Below, piece by piece: positions 13,546-25,644 of a stretch of 64,000 nucleotides of DNA. This DNA comes from Eledone cirrhosa (Eukaryota): positions 268,770,001 to 268,834,000 of the forward strand of contig OZ024743.1 in assembly GCA_964016885.1 (NCBI GenBank), written 5' to 3'. The notes under the pieces are model-generated. The model worked only from the letters and a program-made list of their open reading frames with translations, was not told where the DNA came from and made no database searches. How positions within the stretch are numbered: the first letter of the stretch is position 1; each line of letters opens with the position of its first letter. The translations under genes and the position numbers were made by a program.

Positions 13546-14629
13546 GGGCGTCACTTTCACTTATGTATTAATTGTATTAAGTTTTTAATCCATTCATTTC
13601 ATTTAATAATTTATACTCTTGTGTTTCTTTACATATTTACTACCTGTGTGATGAGACTTAATAGTGTTCTTATTTCTGAAGTTTTGCAACGACAATTTTA
13701 AATCTTATGGAATGTTTGCAAGCCTCACAAACTACAAACTTCATATTGCTTAAATGAGGATTTATTATAAAACAATGGTTCCTAATTTAGGCGCAAGCCC
13801 TGCAATCTTTTGTGGAGAGTGAGAGGAAATGGCTTATATCTTCCCTAAATGCTTGAATATTCTACCAATTATACGATTATATATTTAGATTACTGCTCTG
13901 TTGATCAAACAAGTAGGACACTCATTCACAAAACAACTGACAATACTTAATTAGAATCGCCCTATAGGCGTCGCTACATAGGATGTCATTCAATGGATAG
14001 AAACACATTAATGTCGAATTGCTGGTTTTATTTAATCTCAATTTCGATCTTATCGAGAAGACATACGTTCAAATAATTTCTAACCACGACCAACATGTCT
14101 TATTTTCAGGAATAATATAACTTTGAATACATTATTAAATGTATCTGTTGCGTAAGATTTACGAAAACAATTTTTAAAAAATGTGGCTGTTATTTCTAGC
14201 AAATAGGGTGGCATTATTCGGTTAGAATTAAATATTTGACATGGTGTCTTAATGTATTATTATCGTGATGCTAAGTTTAAGAGTGAATTGGCTGTTATTT
14301 CTTGCAGATAGGGAGACCTCATTGCTTTAGAATGAAAAACATTGACATGGTGCCTTAATCCAATATGTTTCTGAACTTCACTTCTGACGTTGTAGTAAAC
14401 ATTTACAAACATAGATACGTATATTTACACTTAAATGTGTGTTTGTATGTTAGAAGACAGCTAGATAGAGAGCGCGCACAAATTATGCCTGTGACATATG
14501 GGTGCGTTTCTATGTGTGTGTGTGTTTGGGCTGTTGTTGTTTAACCCCATGTCAGCTATAATCAAGCAGTCATATCAGTTTTTTTTTTTTTTTTTTTTTT
14601 TTCAGATATTTTGTAACCAGGACCATAAT

Positions 14630-14845
14630 ATGGTTTCTTATATAGGCACAAGGCCAGCAATTTTAGGAGGGGAGAAGTCGATTAAATCGACCCAGTACGT
14701 TACTGGTGCTTTATTTTATCGACACCGTAAGGATGAAAGGCAAAGTTAACCTCGGTGGGATTTGAACTCAGACCGTAAAGGACCGTAACTCTATGCTTCA
14801 AAGCATGGTGTCCGACACTCTACTGATACTGCCAATCCACCGCCC
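14630..14845 (-). mobile_element. Full-length tRNA-derived SINE
   Basis: Complete head (ggcggtggattggcagtatc), B box, central domain and tail. Confidence 0.85.
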
Positions 14846-15647
14846 TAACCAGGACCTTAATATGAGCCAGCAAGACAGAGTCGTTATAATGTCGGATAAG
14901 ATGCCTCGTTGTGTGCGTTTCGTTTCTCTATATTCTGGTTCAAATCTCACTGGCGACAACAGTACCTGTCAGATTTTCGAGATCCACTCTTAGACTTACT
15001 CTCTTCTATTTTTCCTTGGATTAGATATATAATTAAATCAACCAAACTACTCAACGGTCTATCGTTCTAATTTGGCCTTAGAGCTGTATTATTGATATAT
15101 ATGGCCATGGATTGCTCAGCCACTTACACCTAAATTTCACCTGTAGCAATATACTTTGCAAGACAATCACAACGAAAGAGAGAATATATATGTGATGAAA
15201 GTTAAAGTATAAAGTATTACAAAATTACTCAATATTCAATATATCCTTTCATTTACGTAAAAGGTTAATGTTAATTTTATCTCCCCACACTACCAAAACA
15301 CACCTATTTCTATATGCGCTACAATTTACGTACATGTTATGTAGAGACGGATGGGAGAGATAAATATAAATATAGAGAATGGAGAGGTTGGTAATAGTTG
15401 ATATAGATTTCTATTTATTTGCCACCAGGGCATCAAAGATTGGGACAAATACAAAGGGGGTAGTTTACATACATTTAAAAAGACGTGTAAAAAACCATAT
15501 AACAAATTAAATTTAACAATCGATGTCCTCAATAGGGAGGGGCGTTGACATGGGTCGCACACACACCCGAAAAAATGTGCAACCCTCCTCTTCAGGAGCA
15601 CAAAGAGTGGGTGCTTCCGTCCTCTTCTCATTCTTCTCCTCTCTCAC

Positions 15648-18600
15648 CTACAGGCTGATATAGAGAGAAGGCCCATTCACTCGGGCCATTCTCGCTACTC
15701 TCACCCATATTTCATAAAACTTGCTGGGGTAGAGCACCTCTCTCTCCATTCTGATCCTTCTTCTAAAGTGGTACTTGAAAAAAAGACCAGTTGTTGGCCG
15801 GAGAGAAAGGTGTCTGACCTCAGCCCTTTCAACCTTGTCCACCATACAACTTCTTTCGCCATGGCTATCACACAGAGGAAAATCGCCTCTCCTTCGTTTT
15901 TGAAAAGGGGAGGCGGTTTGATCGTGACAATGTTCTCGGTGGTCGACCGGATTGGTCCCACCCGCGACAGTAGTCGTTCCACATAGCCCCACAGGTCAGC
16001 AACGCTCGGGCAGTGTACGAATGCGTGTGCGACGGTTTCCTCGTCACGCACGCATCTCGGACAGATCTTCTTCGAGGGGTCTCTACCCGGGCGCCCGTGT
16101 CTGTAGAGCTTGTCCCGAACGGGTAGAGCTACTCGGTAACATTGCCAAGCCAAGGACTTTTGGAAATTGTCCATCGGTCCCGGGCCAAACGTCCTACCGA
16201 ACAGACTGGCCAGCTCGTCTTCCTCCATGCCCAGAGCCTCTCCGAGAGCGTCGTCGCACTTACTGCGCACCAACCCTCTATAGAATGTTGAGGTTGAGAC
16301 TCCACTGATTGCCGGATCCGCTTGCCAGAGGGCCGTGAGCGCCTGGGCACATTCAATGTGGCATGCGCCCACTTTTCTCGGTCTTTGCTTGACCCAGAAT
16401 TGCAGCTCGGTGAGTGAGACGAGTCTCGGAAAGGCTCGCCTCACAAAAGGGGCCCACACCGGCTGACCGGTGAGGAATACCTGGAGGTGCCGTAGCCTTA
16501 ATGCGTGTCTACGCATCGTCAGCCACGGCATCCCCATCCCTCCGTTCGAAGGGTGTTGACAGCAGATGGATCTTCTCACCAAAGGAGCCCGCTTCTTCCA
16601 AAGAAATCGGAAGAGCGCGCGCTCTATTTTGGCGAGTGTTTTCTCTGGACAAGGCACGACGGTCAAGCGGTAGTAGATGACGGACGCTATATAAGCGTTC
16701 GCCACCTCCTCTCGACCTTTCAGGGATAGTTTGCACTCGGCCCACTTCTGGGAGAGTGCAAACACCAAGCCCGTTACCTCGTCCCAGTTTTTCTCCACCT
16801 GGAGGTCCGGTCTGAGCCAGACCCCGAGCAGCTTCACCGGTCCCTCCGTCCAGCGTCCGACGATGTCGTCGGAGGGCATCGTTTTGCCCCTTACGTCCTG
16901 AGTTGCAAACCGACGGACTTGTCCCGGTTCAGCTTGGCTCCTGTGAACCTTTCATATTCCTCTAGTAACGTGCCGATCTGCCCGATTTCCGAGGCGCAAG
17001 GCACCATTACTGTCACGTCATCGGCGTAGGCCGACACCGGTTTCCGCAATCCCGGTTCCAAGGGGATGCCCTGCAACAGCTCCAGCTTCCGCAGTAGTGG
17101 CTCGAGAGCAAGCACATACAGGCGGGAGGAGAGAGGGCATCCCTGTCGGATGGATCGCGTGATTTGGAACGGCTCCGATAGGTAGCCGTTCACCTTGACC
17201 CTCGAGCATGTGTTGCTGCTGTGCATTGCAGCAATCCAGCCCCTGAAAACGGGTCCGAAGCCTGCCGCCGCGAGCACCGCATCCAGGTACCGATGGTCAA
17301 CCCTATCGAACGCCTTAGATTGATCCAAGTTGATCAGGGCCCCACCAAAGCCGGGTTCGTTCCCTACCCTCTCTACGATGTATCGCATGAGGTGGAGGTT
17401 GTCGTGTATGGACCTGGACGGGATTGCGCATGTCTGCGCTTCTCCCACCAGGTTCCCGACGACAAGCGCCAGCCTCTTCGCTAACTCCTTGGCCAAAATA
17501 TTTAACTCTGTGTTTAGCAGAGTAATGGGCCTGAAGTTATCTATGTCATACCCCTTGTTCTCGTCCTTCCTCACCAGCGTGACTACGCCCTTGGTCACAG
17601 AACTGGGAATTCTCCCGTTCTGTTGCCAGTTGCAGTAGACCGCCTCGAGGAGACCGGAAAACAAGCACGGCATCGCTACATAAAGTTCGTATGGTAGACC
17701 ATCGAGACCCGGAGATTTGCGTTTGCCGCATTGGCTCAGCGCCTCCCCTATTTCAGCAGCTGAAATCAACCTCTCGCAGGACTTCGCCTCCCCGTCCGAG
17801 AGCCGCGCCAGACCGTCGAAGTATGGAGCGAAATCCATGGCCCCACCCGGCCCGCCGCCCCTCCCGAACTGTTGTGCAAAGAGCCGTTGAAAGGCCGCGC
17901 TCATCCGCTCAGGTTCAAGGATCACGCGTCCATCCTGGTCCTTCAAAGACCGAATCGTGGACTTGTTTCCACTGTTTGCCTCTGTCACTCGGACCCAGCT
18001 AACAGCTTTGGCTCCCTCGTTACCCAGAGCACGTATTTTACTCCTGACAACGCAGCCCTCGTGCTTCGCATCAAAGAACTGGTCTACGGCCGTTCTTGAC
18101 TCCAGCACGCCGGCCACGTTGCCACTCCTAATCGCCTCTTCTACTCTATTTGTTAATTCCCTTTCAGTTCTATTCCTATCTGATGCTAATTCCCGACTAA
18201 AACCTATCGATTCTATTCTAATTTCTCTCTTGAGAGAGCCCCACCACCTGCTGTTGACAATTGCCCCCGTCAAATGCTGCTTAACTAGTGTGCTAATCCG
18301 CTTACTGTAAGCTTTGTTTGTCGGTAAAAACAAGTTTAGCTTCCAGTAACCGGGTCCCTGTCTATGAGTTCTATCAAGGTTGACCACTCCGGTCACCAAC
18401 TTGTGATCCAACTTGTCAACCATGAACATTCGTGGACAGCTTAATATGTCCCTATCTTTATTTCTAACTAGGAACCTATCTAGGTACGACCTAGATGTTC
18501 CATTGCGATTACTCCACGAACACCGTGGCACAGTCGGAAAATCTAGTCGATATCTATCGGCCAGATCAAATCGGCCGATTAATCGTTTGAGGCTGTTACA

Positions 18601-19084
18601 CCCCCCCTCTATCGGGACATGCCCCTACATAGTCCCAACGTGCATCCAGGATACCATTCCAGTCCCCCACTAAAAGCAAGGAGCGAGACGTTCCCTGGAA
18701 ATTCTCCAGGCGTCGGAAGACGTTCGGTTGCGGTGTCCCAGATGGGGCATACGCTGCCACCAGCCTGAAAGCTCCACCTTCACCACTGCCGACGTCTAAA
18801 ACCACCAGTCGACCCTCCTGGTCCAGGTGTATCTTCTGTGTGGCAAGACCCATGTATTTTCGCAGCAGAATGACAACCCCACCCCCACTCCTCGGCTGAC
18901 AGAGAGATGCGTAGATCTCAAAGTCGTCGAAGATGGGGGCCAGTTGGCGCTCGCTGCTGATCCTGGACTCGCAAATAACCATTACATCCACTCTGTGCGA
19001 CCTGAGGTCATTTAAGAATTTGCCCTGTTTCCAGGACATCCTCAAGCCGTGTGCATTCACACATCCAACTCTTATATTGGCCAT
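15648..19084 (-). pseudogene. Tx1 ORF2: AP endonuclease, reverse transcriptase and C-terminal zinc knuckle, split by frameshifts
   Basis: NIRVGCVNAHGL, ICES and LVGDWNG (APE). KSPGLDGLP, NFRPITLLN, LDQSKAFDRV, RQGCPLS and AYADD (RT). CPRC...ETVAHAFVHC. Confidence 0.92.
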
Positions 19085-19239
19085 GTTGGTGCTGAAGAGT
19101 TAAAAAGGAAGAGGAAAGGAAATTACTTACCTCTTCGTCTCCTGGGGACCAGGCTGCACAATTTCCATGGGGGTGTTGGAAGGGTTGTTTGGTGGGGTGG
19201 TGGTTTGTGGTGGGGTGAGGACATCAGTGTGTGGTGGGA

Positions 19240-20887
19240 TTAGGGTGTTTGGTGGGGTGTGGGGGTGGTGAAACATCTCAATAGGACGCTGTTATGTGGT
19301 TTGGTGCAGTTGGTCCCCACATGCATTGGATGGTTCTTTTTCAAAGTTACATAGGTTTCCGTTGGGACCCTAATCATCATTAGGTGCGGTTTGTTCGCTG
19401 CGTAGGTGAAAGTGATCCCTTCGGTTTCCACCGAAGGGTTATTTTCTATCGCTTTCATCAACGTTTTATTGTTCTTGTTAATGTATGTATAGAGTTTATG
19501 TTGTGTTGTGTTTGTTTTTGTTTGTTGTTCTTGTGCGTGTTTGCGTTTTGTAGTACGTGTTATGTTTTGGGGAGGGGTGGGTTTTTTTATTTGTGATGTT
19601 TGTTCTGTTTGTGCTGGTGGTTGTGTCTTTGTGGCATTTTTGTTAATGTGGTGCCTTTTTTTTTCCTTTTCACCTGTTGAAAGGGTTCTCCCTCGTCGTC
19701 ACTGGGTGACGTTGATACGGAGTCCTCTTCCGTGTTGTTGGGGAGGGGTATATTTTGGGGTTTTGTTGTGGTTGCTTTTGTATTTGTTTTAGGTGGGGAG
19801 GGGTTGGGTGGAACAGTGTTTTGTGTTGTTATTTTTCCGTGTTGTTGTGGTTGTTGTTGTTGTTGTTGTTGTGGTGGTGGTGGTGGTGGTGGTTGTGTTG
19901 TTGTGTTCGGGGCTGGCAGAAGAGCCTTTTTTTTTACTCGTTAATTGAGGACAGGCAGCCCTCAGGTGACCCCTGCTTAAGCAGTGGTAACATGACGGCC
20001 GCCTTCCCTCCACTGAAATGTTTATATAAGTTAGCCCGTCCAGAGGCACGCGTTGTGGGATATTCGCTATTCGTTCTGGGCTCATTTGCACCAGAACTTC
20101 TACGGTGGTCCCACCAAATACACCTCCGGAGGACTTTCCTATTGAAATTATCTTGTCTTCGTCAAAGTCAATGATTCCACATAGTATCCACCAAATATTT
20201 ACATTTGGTGTGATACTTATTATTTTTATTCTTTGTGTCCTTTTTTCCCTGTATGTGGGGAAAAAAGTGAAGCGGGGGGATACAATGGGTGATACCGAGT
20301 AGTTTTGAGCTGTTGTTGATTAGCACCGAAATGCTACCAAACAGTTTACCTTTTTGTATGAAGGTTAAGTCCTTCGTTGCATCTTTTAGAACCAGTCCAA
20401 TTTCATTTTGTGATAATTGAGCTGGTTTTCTTCTTTCGTTCGATATTGTCCTGAAAACCACAGTTTTCAGGTCAGCCTCTCTACGTAATTCCTGTGGAGA
20501 ATTGATGCTAAAAGCACCGTTTTCGCGAAAAGTCACGAATTGTTTTGCGTCTTGTAATAGTTGTTTAGCATTTGTTATGTCTATTGGCGTGTATAGTTCG
20601 TTTTTTTTTACAGTCTGTGCGAATGTTGTTTTGGTGTTGTTGTCTTTTTTGTTGCTGTCACTGTTGGTAATATTGTTCATGTTTTCCTTGGTGTTGCTAT
20701 TGTTGCAGTTGTTGGTTGTGGTGTTATTGTCATTGTTCTTGTTGTTGGTGCTGGTATTATTTACCGGGTTTGGTTTCGTGGTTTCAATATTTTTTTTAAC
20801 GTTTTTCGATAATGCGAGGGGGGAAGGCTGCAAGCTTTGTATTCCTACCTTCCCTCCACCACTTTTCTTAGTGGGCGTGGTACTCAC
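19240..20887 (-). pseudogene. Tx1 ORF1 (gag-like, CCHC), frameshifted
   Basis: CYHCLSRGHLRAACP. The N-terminal part is homologous to ORF 51549-52166 (TFAQTVKK / SFAETVNK, VVFRT / VIFRT). Confidence 0.8.
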
Positions 20888-21118
20888 GACAGTGTGCGGG
20901 TGGAAATGGCATCCATCGCCTCCAAGTCTACAGTTTTGAGATGAAAATGAAAATTTCGCCCCAGAAAGGGGCGAAAATTAGTTGACTCAACGTCTGACGG
21001 CCCAGGCAAGGGGTTAAACTAAACAATGTTATTAAATTGAGCAATAAACTCACAGTTTTTTTTACAATAGTCCGTAAAAGTCCGGAGCAAAGTAATTCAC
21101 ATCTATATTAAGTGTTAA

Positions 21119-21625
21119 TTGATATAGAGAGGGATATTAGAAGAGAGTTCAGTGTAGTAGATATAGAGAGGGGAAGAATTTGGTAGTGATGGAAAGAGTG
21201 AGAGAGAATGCGACAGAGTGTTGTATGGTAGATATAATTGATAAAGAAAGGGGCATTGGAAGACAGTTCCGTGTGTTAGATATATAGAGGGGATTGGATG
21301 AGAGTACCGTGTACTAGATATAAGGAGGGGGAGAATTTGGTGGTTGTAGATATACAAAGAGGGATAATGGGAGAGTGCCGTGTAGCAGAAGATATACAAA
21401 GGGGGAGAGTTTAGGGGTGAGTGTTATAGAAAGGGGGGTTGTAAGTGATAATTGTAGATATTTATAGGGAGTGAGAGAATGTATTAGTCTTAGATATAGA
21501 GAGTGGGATAAGAGAGGCGGTGTCGTGGTAGATATAGAGAGGGATAGAATTTGGTTTTAGTAGATAGAGAGAGTGGGGGGGGGTTTAAAGAGAGTTTTGT
21601 GTGATAGACATATAGAGGGGATGAG
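21119..21625. repeat. Degenerate purine-rich tandem repeat hosting the Tx1 insertion
   Basis: Recurrent tagatatagagaggg motif. Similar sequence lies at 15335-15407 on the other flank. Confidence 0.65.
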
Positions 21626-21989
21626 TTTCGTGGGACTCACGGTTCCCAAGTAATTGGAGGGGAGATATTAATGGGGGAGCTTCGGAAATCAGTAATTGTA
21701 TAGCGTACGTTTTTAAATATTGGATTTCTTGTGATGTTCTTCTTTTGTCATGAATAATGTTTTTGTTTTTGCAATGTAAAATAGAAGTATTCTCCATTAT
21801 ATGAATCACATATAATAACATTTCACCGGAGATAGATTGGCAAAATTTAATAAGCCGGTGGGTGTGGAGGTGAAATAAAAACCGGGTTGGGGTGGGTAGA
21901 AAAAATATGACAAATTAATAAGCGGGAATGGAGACGATTATTAAAAACCTAAGAATATCAAATTATTAATGGACATAAGAATGAAAACT

Positions 21990-22330
21990 CAATACCGAAG
22001 TAGAGTTTAAATATTTATTTATTATGGCTAAGCCTTGTGACTCTGGAGTCTCACCTGCGTACTCACAAGGTCATTATCTATTGAGTGAGAAGGTGAAACT
22101 ATACAGTACCAAACCTCACCAATAGCCATAATAAATGAAGGTTAGTTCTTTCGTTACTTTGGTATTGTGTGTTAGATTTTACCTACCACAATGTTCAATT
22201 TGTCAAGCTATTTAAACGTATGTTATTACTCTAAGGACCTACCTTGTCGAGTGCTTTGCTAACTCATTCATATCGTAGGTCGAATTTGCTTGCACACCGC
22301 CAAAGATTCGATTTTACTAAGCCTCCAATT
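21990..22330. repeat. Diverged fold-back PLE-like remnant with degenerate hammerhead
   Basis: Inverted tttattatggcta / tagccataataaa. ctggagtctcacctgcg is shared with 60035-60080, and the tail is shared with 25460-25625. Confidence 0.5.
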
Positions 22331-22690
22331 ATATATATATATATATAGTAGATGAATAAATTGGGTATAATACCAGTTTCTTACCAAATGCGAGGAAGCT
22401 CCATATACTAAGCGGCACCACAGAGCATATCATTTTTTAATTATATAGAGAGAATGGCGGTGAAACTAGTACAATAACTATATTTTCTCCGCAAATTACC
22501 AAAACACACATCTATTTGGATATGCGCTACAATGTATGTACATATCAAAGTTTTCTGACCATTTTAGAGTGCCATGAGCTTAACCAACCGCAACTAAATT
22601 GTCCAAATTTGCCCCCTCTACACAATTCAGAAATGCTTCCACAGCCCCTGATATGTGTGTGTGTGTACAGACACTCAGACATGTGTACAA

Positions 22691-22741
<51 letters not shown>

Positions 22742-23026
22742 TGCTTGTGTGTTCGTTTGTGGGTTTGTACACGTGTGTATATGAGTGTGTGTACCCACTC
22801 ACATACACACTCACACTAGTGTCATGTCAAAACATCTACATTTTCCCCAAATTTGCTAGATTTAGTAGAAAATATATATATATATTTAAAATGAACCACT
22901 AAAGTCTTACGAAAATGGGATATACGTATTTAGTAATGTTGTAATACTTTAATCTATCTTTCACCATATATATATATAGATATATATATATAGATATATA
23001 TATATATATACATATATATAATATTT

Positions 23027-23222
23027 TTTTTCGGCGGAAGCAGGAGAGCACGTGGCTCTGATGAACGCCAACAAGCGTAAAACAGACTGTCAGCTTCTCT
23101 CCCTTCTTTCGCCGAAAAGAAATAAGTGACATAGTCACTATTTTAAAACTGATAGCGTATGGTCTTCTAAATGTGTTTATTTAAAGATACGGTATATTAC
23201 CAAATCTACTATACATACATTC
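23027..23222 (+). ncRNA. Long-hairpin hammerhead repeat, copy A (G12 mutated to A)
   Basis: GCU-CUGAUGA-ACGC caacaa GCGU-AAA-ACAG a CUGU-C-AGC (23055-23094), inside the outer stem uuuucggcggaag / cuucuuucgccgaaaa. Confidence 0.75.
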
Positions 23223-23235
23223 ATATATATATATA

Positions 23236-23584
23236 TAAACGTTTGTATTTGTAAAGCCAAAACAATGCAGGTATGGATATAGAATATAAATGCAAATGCA
23301 AAAGATGTTGTTGACAATTAGTCTTTTACCTTAAATTTATTTAAATATCCTTAATTTTCGAGATAATATCTCTTCTTTGGAGGGAAGTAAGTTGAGGTAA
23401 GCTATTTAGAACGCTGGTTTAACAACTTTACTACCCTCCGAAGAAGAGATATTATCTCAAAAATTAAGGATATTTAAATAAATTTAAGGTAAAAGACTAA
23501 TCGTCAACAACATATTTTGCATTTGCATTTATATTCGATATCCATACCGGCATTGTTTTGGCTTTACAAATACAAACGTTTATA
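23236..23584. repeat. ~350-bp palindrome with a degenerate minimal hammerhead in each arm
   Basis: Arms of about 150 bp. The arm consensus is CCU-CCGAAGA-a-GAGAU auu AUCUC-GAA-AAUU-A-AGG. Confidence 0.85.
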
Positions 23585-23821
23585 TCTCATTACACAATGC
23601 TTCAAGTGAACTATAACTTCCTCCTATATATATATAGAGAGATATTATAAAGATTCGGGCTGAACTCTTTCGGTTTCAACAGCTAGTTCCAAACTGTTTA
23701 AACGACCAGATTTCAGAAGTATGGGTCGCGGTTCTTTATAATATAACCATACTCTGCTACCCCAAGTATCAATTACTCTGTTGAGTAATGGTCTAACCAG
23801 TTTCATACTGAATCCAACCTG

Positions 23822-23881
<60 letters not shown>

Positions 23882-23944
23882 GTGTGTGTGTGTGTAAGTA
23901 TATATATGTATATTGTTAAACATATTTAAATATATATATATGTG

Positions 23945-24405
23945 TATATTGTTATACTTGGGGAGGGTCATCTTGTTGTAATAATTGTTTCTACTTTAGG
24001 CACAAGGCCAGCAATTACCCAGTGCATTACTGGTACTTTATTTTATCGACCCCGTAAGGACGAAAGGCAAAGTCAACCTCGGTGGGATTTGAACTCAGAT
24101 CGTAAAGGGACGTAACTATGCTGGAAAGCATGGTGTCTGACCCTCTACCGATACTGCGAATCCACCGAATAATATTGCCAGAAATAATAACAGAACACTT
24201 ACTCTTTGATTTATTTTCGCTTCTGCATCTTTATATCTCCATAGTTAATTTATTTGGCAATCAATGCTTATCATTGACTGACCATCGGTTAAAAATGCAG
24301 ATATAAATATATATATATATATAGTCTAACAAAGTTCTTTCGTTGCACATCTGCAACATCATCAGTGGTACCATTATCATGTTCCCTCCTATTGTGTTAT
24401 ATTGT
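23945..24405 (-). mobile_element. Copy of the PLE terminal-repeat family of 61403-62610, interrupted by a SINE
   Basis: tattgttatacttgggagggtcat...ttctttcgttgcacatctgcaacatcatcagtgg. Hammerhead with CUGAUGA core on the minus strand at about 24328-24370. Confidence 0.75.
23982..24167 (-). mobile_element. tRNA-derived SINE
   Basis: Near-identical to 10402-10560. Confidence 0.85.
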
Positions 24406-24429
24406 AATGTTCAGAAGAAAAAAATATAT

Positions 24430-24674
24430 ATCGCTCTGTATAATCAGCTCCTGGTTATTACTGGAATTCTATAAGAATCCAGCTTATATAATTTTCGGCG
24501 GAAGCAAGGAGTGCGTGGCTCTGATGGTCGCCAAACAGCGTGAAACAGACTGTTACCTTCTCTCCCTTCTTTCGCCAAAAAGAAGTAAGTAACATAGTCA
24601 CTACTTTAAAAACGATAGCGTATGGTCCTCAAAATGTTTTTAATTAAACATACGGTATATATACTATACATACA

Positions 24675-24680
<6 letters not shown>
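24430..24680 (+). ncRNA. Long-hairpin hammerhead repeat, copy B (A9 mutated to G)
   Basis: GCU-CUGAUGG-uCGC caaaca GCGu-GAA-ACAG a CUGU-U (24518-24554), with the same outer stem as copy A. Confidence 0.7.
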
Positions 24681-24735
<55 letters not shown>

Positions 24736-24926
24736 TAGTATTGGTGCTCTGAAATAGCGACGTATATATGAATGTATGTTTAGTGTATTTGATAATATAA
24801 TGTATGTTTAATTAAAGATTGAAGACCATTTGCTATGAATTTAAAAGTAGTGACTATACGTACATTGGTATATACATCGCTATTTAAGAGCACCAACACT
24901 AATACCTAATTTTTACTGAACCGGCA

Positions 24927-25180
24927 ACCGCTCTATTTAATCAGCTCATAAATATTACTGGAATTTTATAAGAATCCATGTACTATAACTCTTGGCAGAA
25001 GCGAAGAGGTGAGTAGTCTTGATAACCGCTAACGAGTGAGAAACAGGACTGTCGATTACGCCCCATTGTTTTTGCCGAGAATAAGTACGTGACATTGTCA
25101 CTACTTTAAAATTCATAGCGAATCGTCTTCAAAATGTTTTTAATTAAACATACAGTATATCATCAACTATACTATACATG
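24927..25180 (+). ncRNA. Long-hairpin hammerhead repeat, copy C (U3-A8 core, covarying stems)
   Basis: GUAGUC-UUGAUAA-cCGCU aacg AGUGa-GAA-ACAG ga CUGU-C-GAUUAC (25013-25059). Outer stem ucuuggcagaagcga / uuguuuuugccgaga. Confidence 0.8.
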
Positions 25181-25258
25181 AATGGGCATGTTATTTTTAT
25201 CTAAAGACATTTTTTCCAATTCCAACCCACCCGTCCCCTCAATCTATTTCTCATTCTT

Positions 25259-25294
25259 TCTTCTGATGAAGGACTAGCGTCCGAAACGTTAAGA
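25259..25294 (+). ncRNA. Minimal PLE-type hammerhead motif
   Basis: UCUU-CUGAUGA-a-GGAC uagc GUCC-GAA-ACGU-U-AAGA. Homolog at 31640-31675 with a shared ~90-nt tail ending in microsatellite. Confidence 0.75.
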
Positions 25295-25378
25295 CCCTCT
25301 TCCTGCTATATCAAGCGTTAACTTAATATATCCCTTCTATATACTGTACCGATTGTGTTGTTATTTATGTTTACCTTT

Positions 25379-25460
<82 letters not shown>

Positions 25461-25644
25461 TTCGTTTTTTCGTTGTTTTGGTATTGTATGGTTGGGTTTT
25501 GCCTGCTGCAATTTTCAATTTGTCAAGGTACCTACCCTTATTGAGTGCTTTGCTACTCATTCCTAATTGTAGGTCGACTTTGCTTGGCCACAGCCAAAGC
25601 TTCGATTTTACTAAGCTTCAACTTGTATATATATATATGTAAAA

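Larger units (their letters stand above)
15408..21118 (-). mobile_element. Full-length, frameshifted Tx1-clade (L1-like) LINE, ~5.7 kb
   Basis: 5'UTR, ORF1 with CCHC knuckle, ORF2 APE-RT-CCHC, and a 3'UTR with AATAAA. Candidate 10-bp TSD ttgatataga at 15398-15407 and 21119-21128. Confidence 0.9.

Noticed and set aside
21585-21821. Additional GIY-YIG fragment (NTSILH...LLISEA)
   Set aside because: The similarity is too short and degraded to call without a search.
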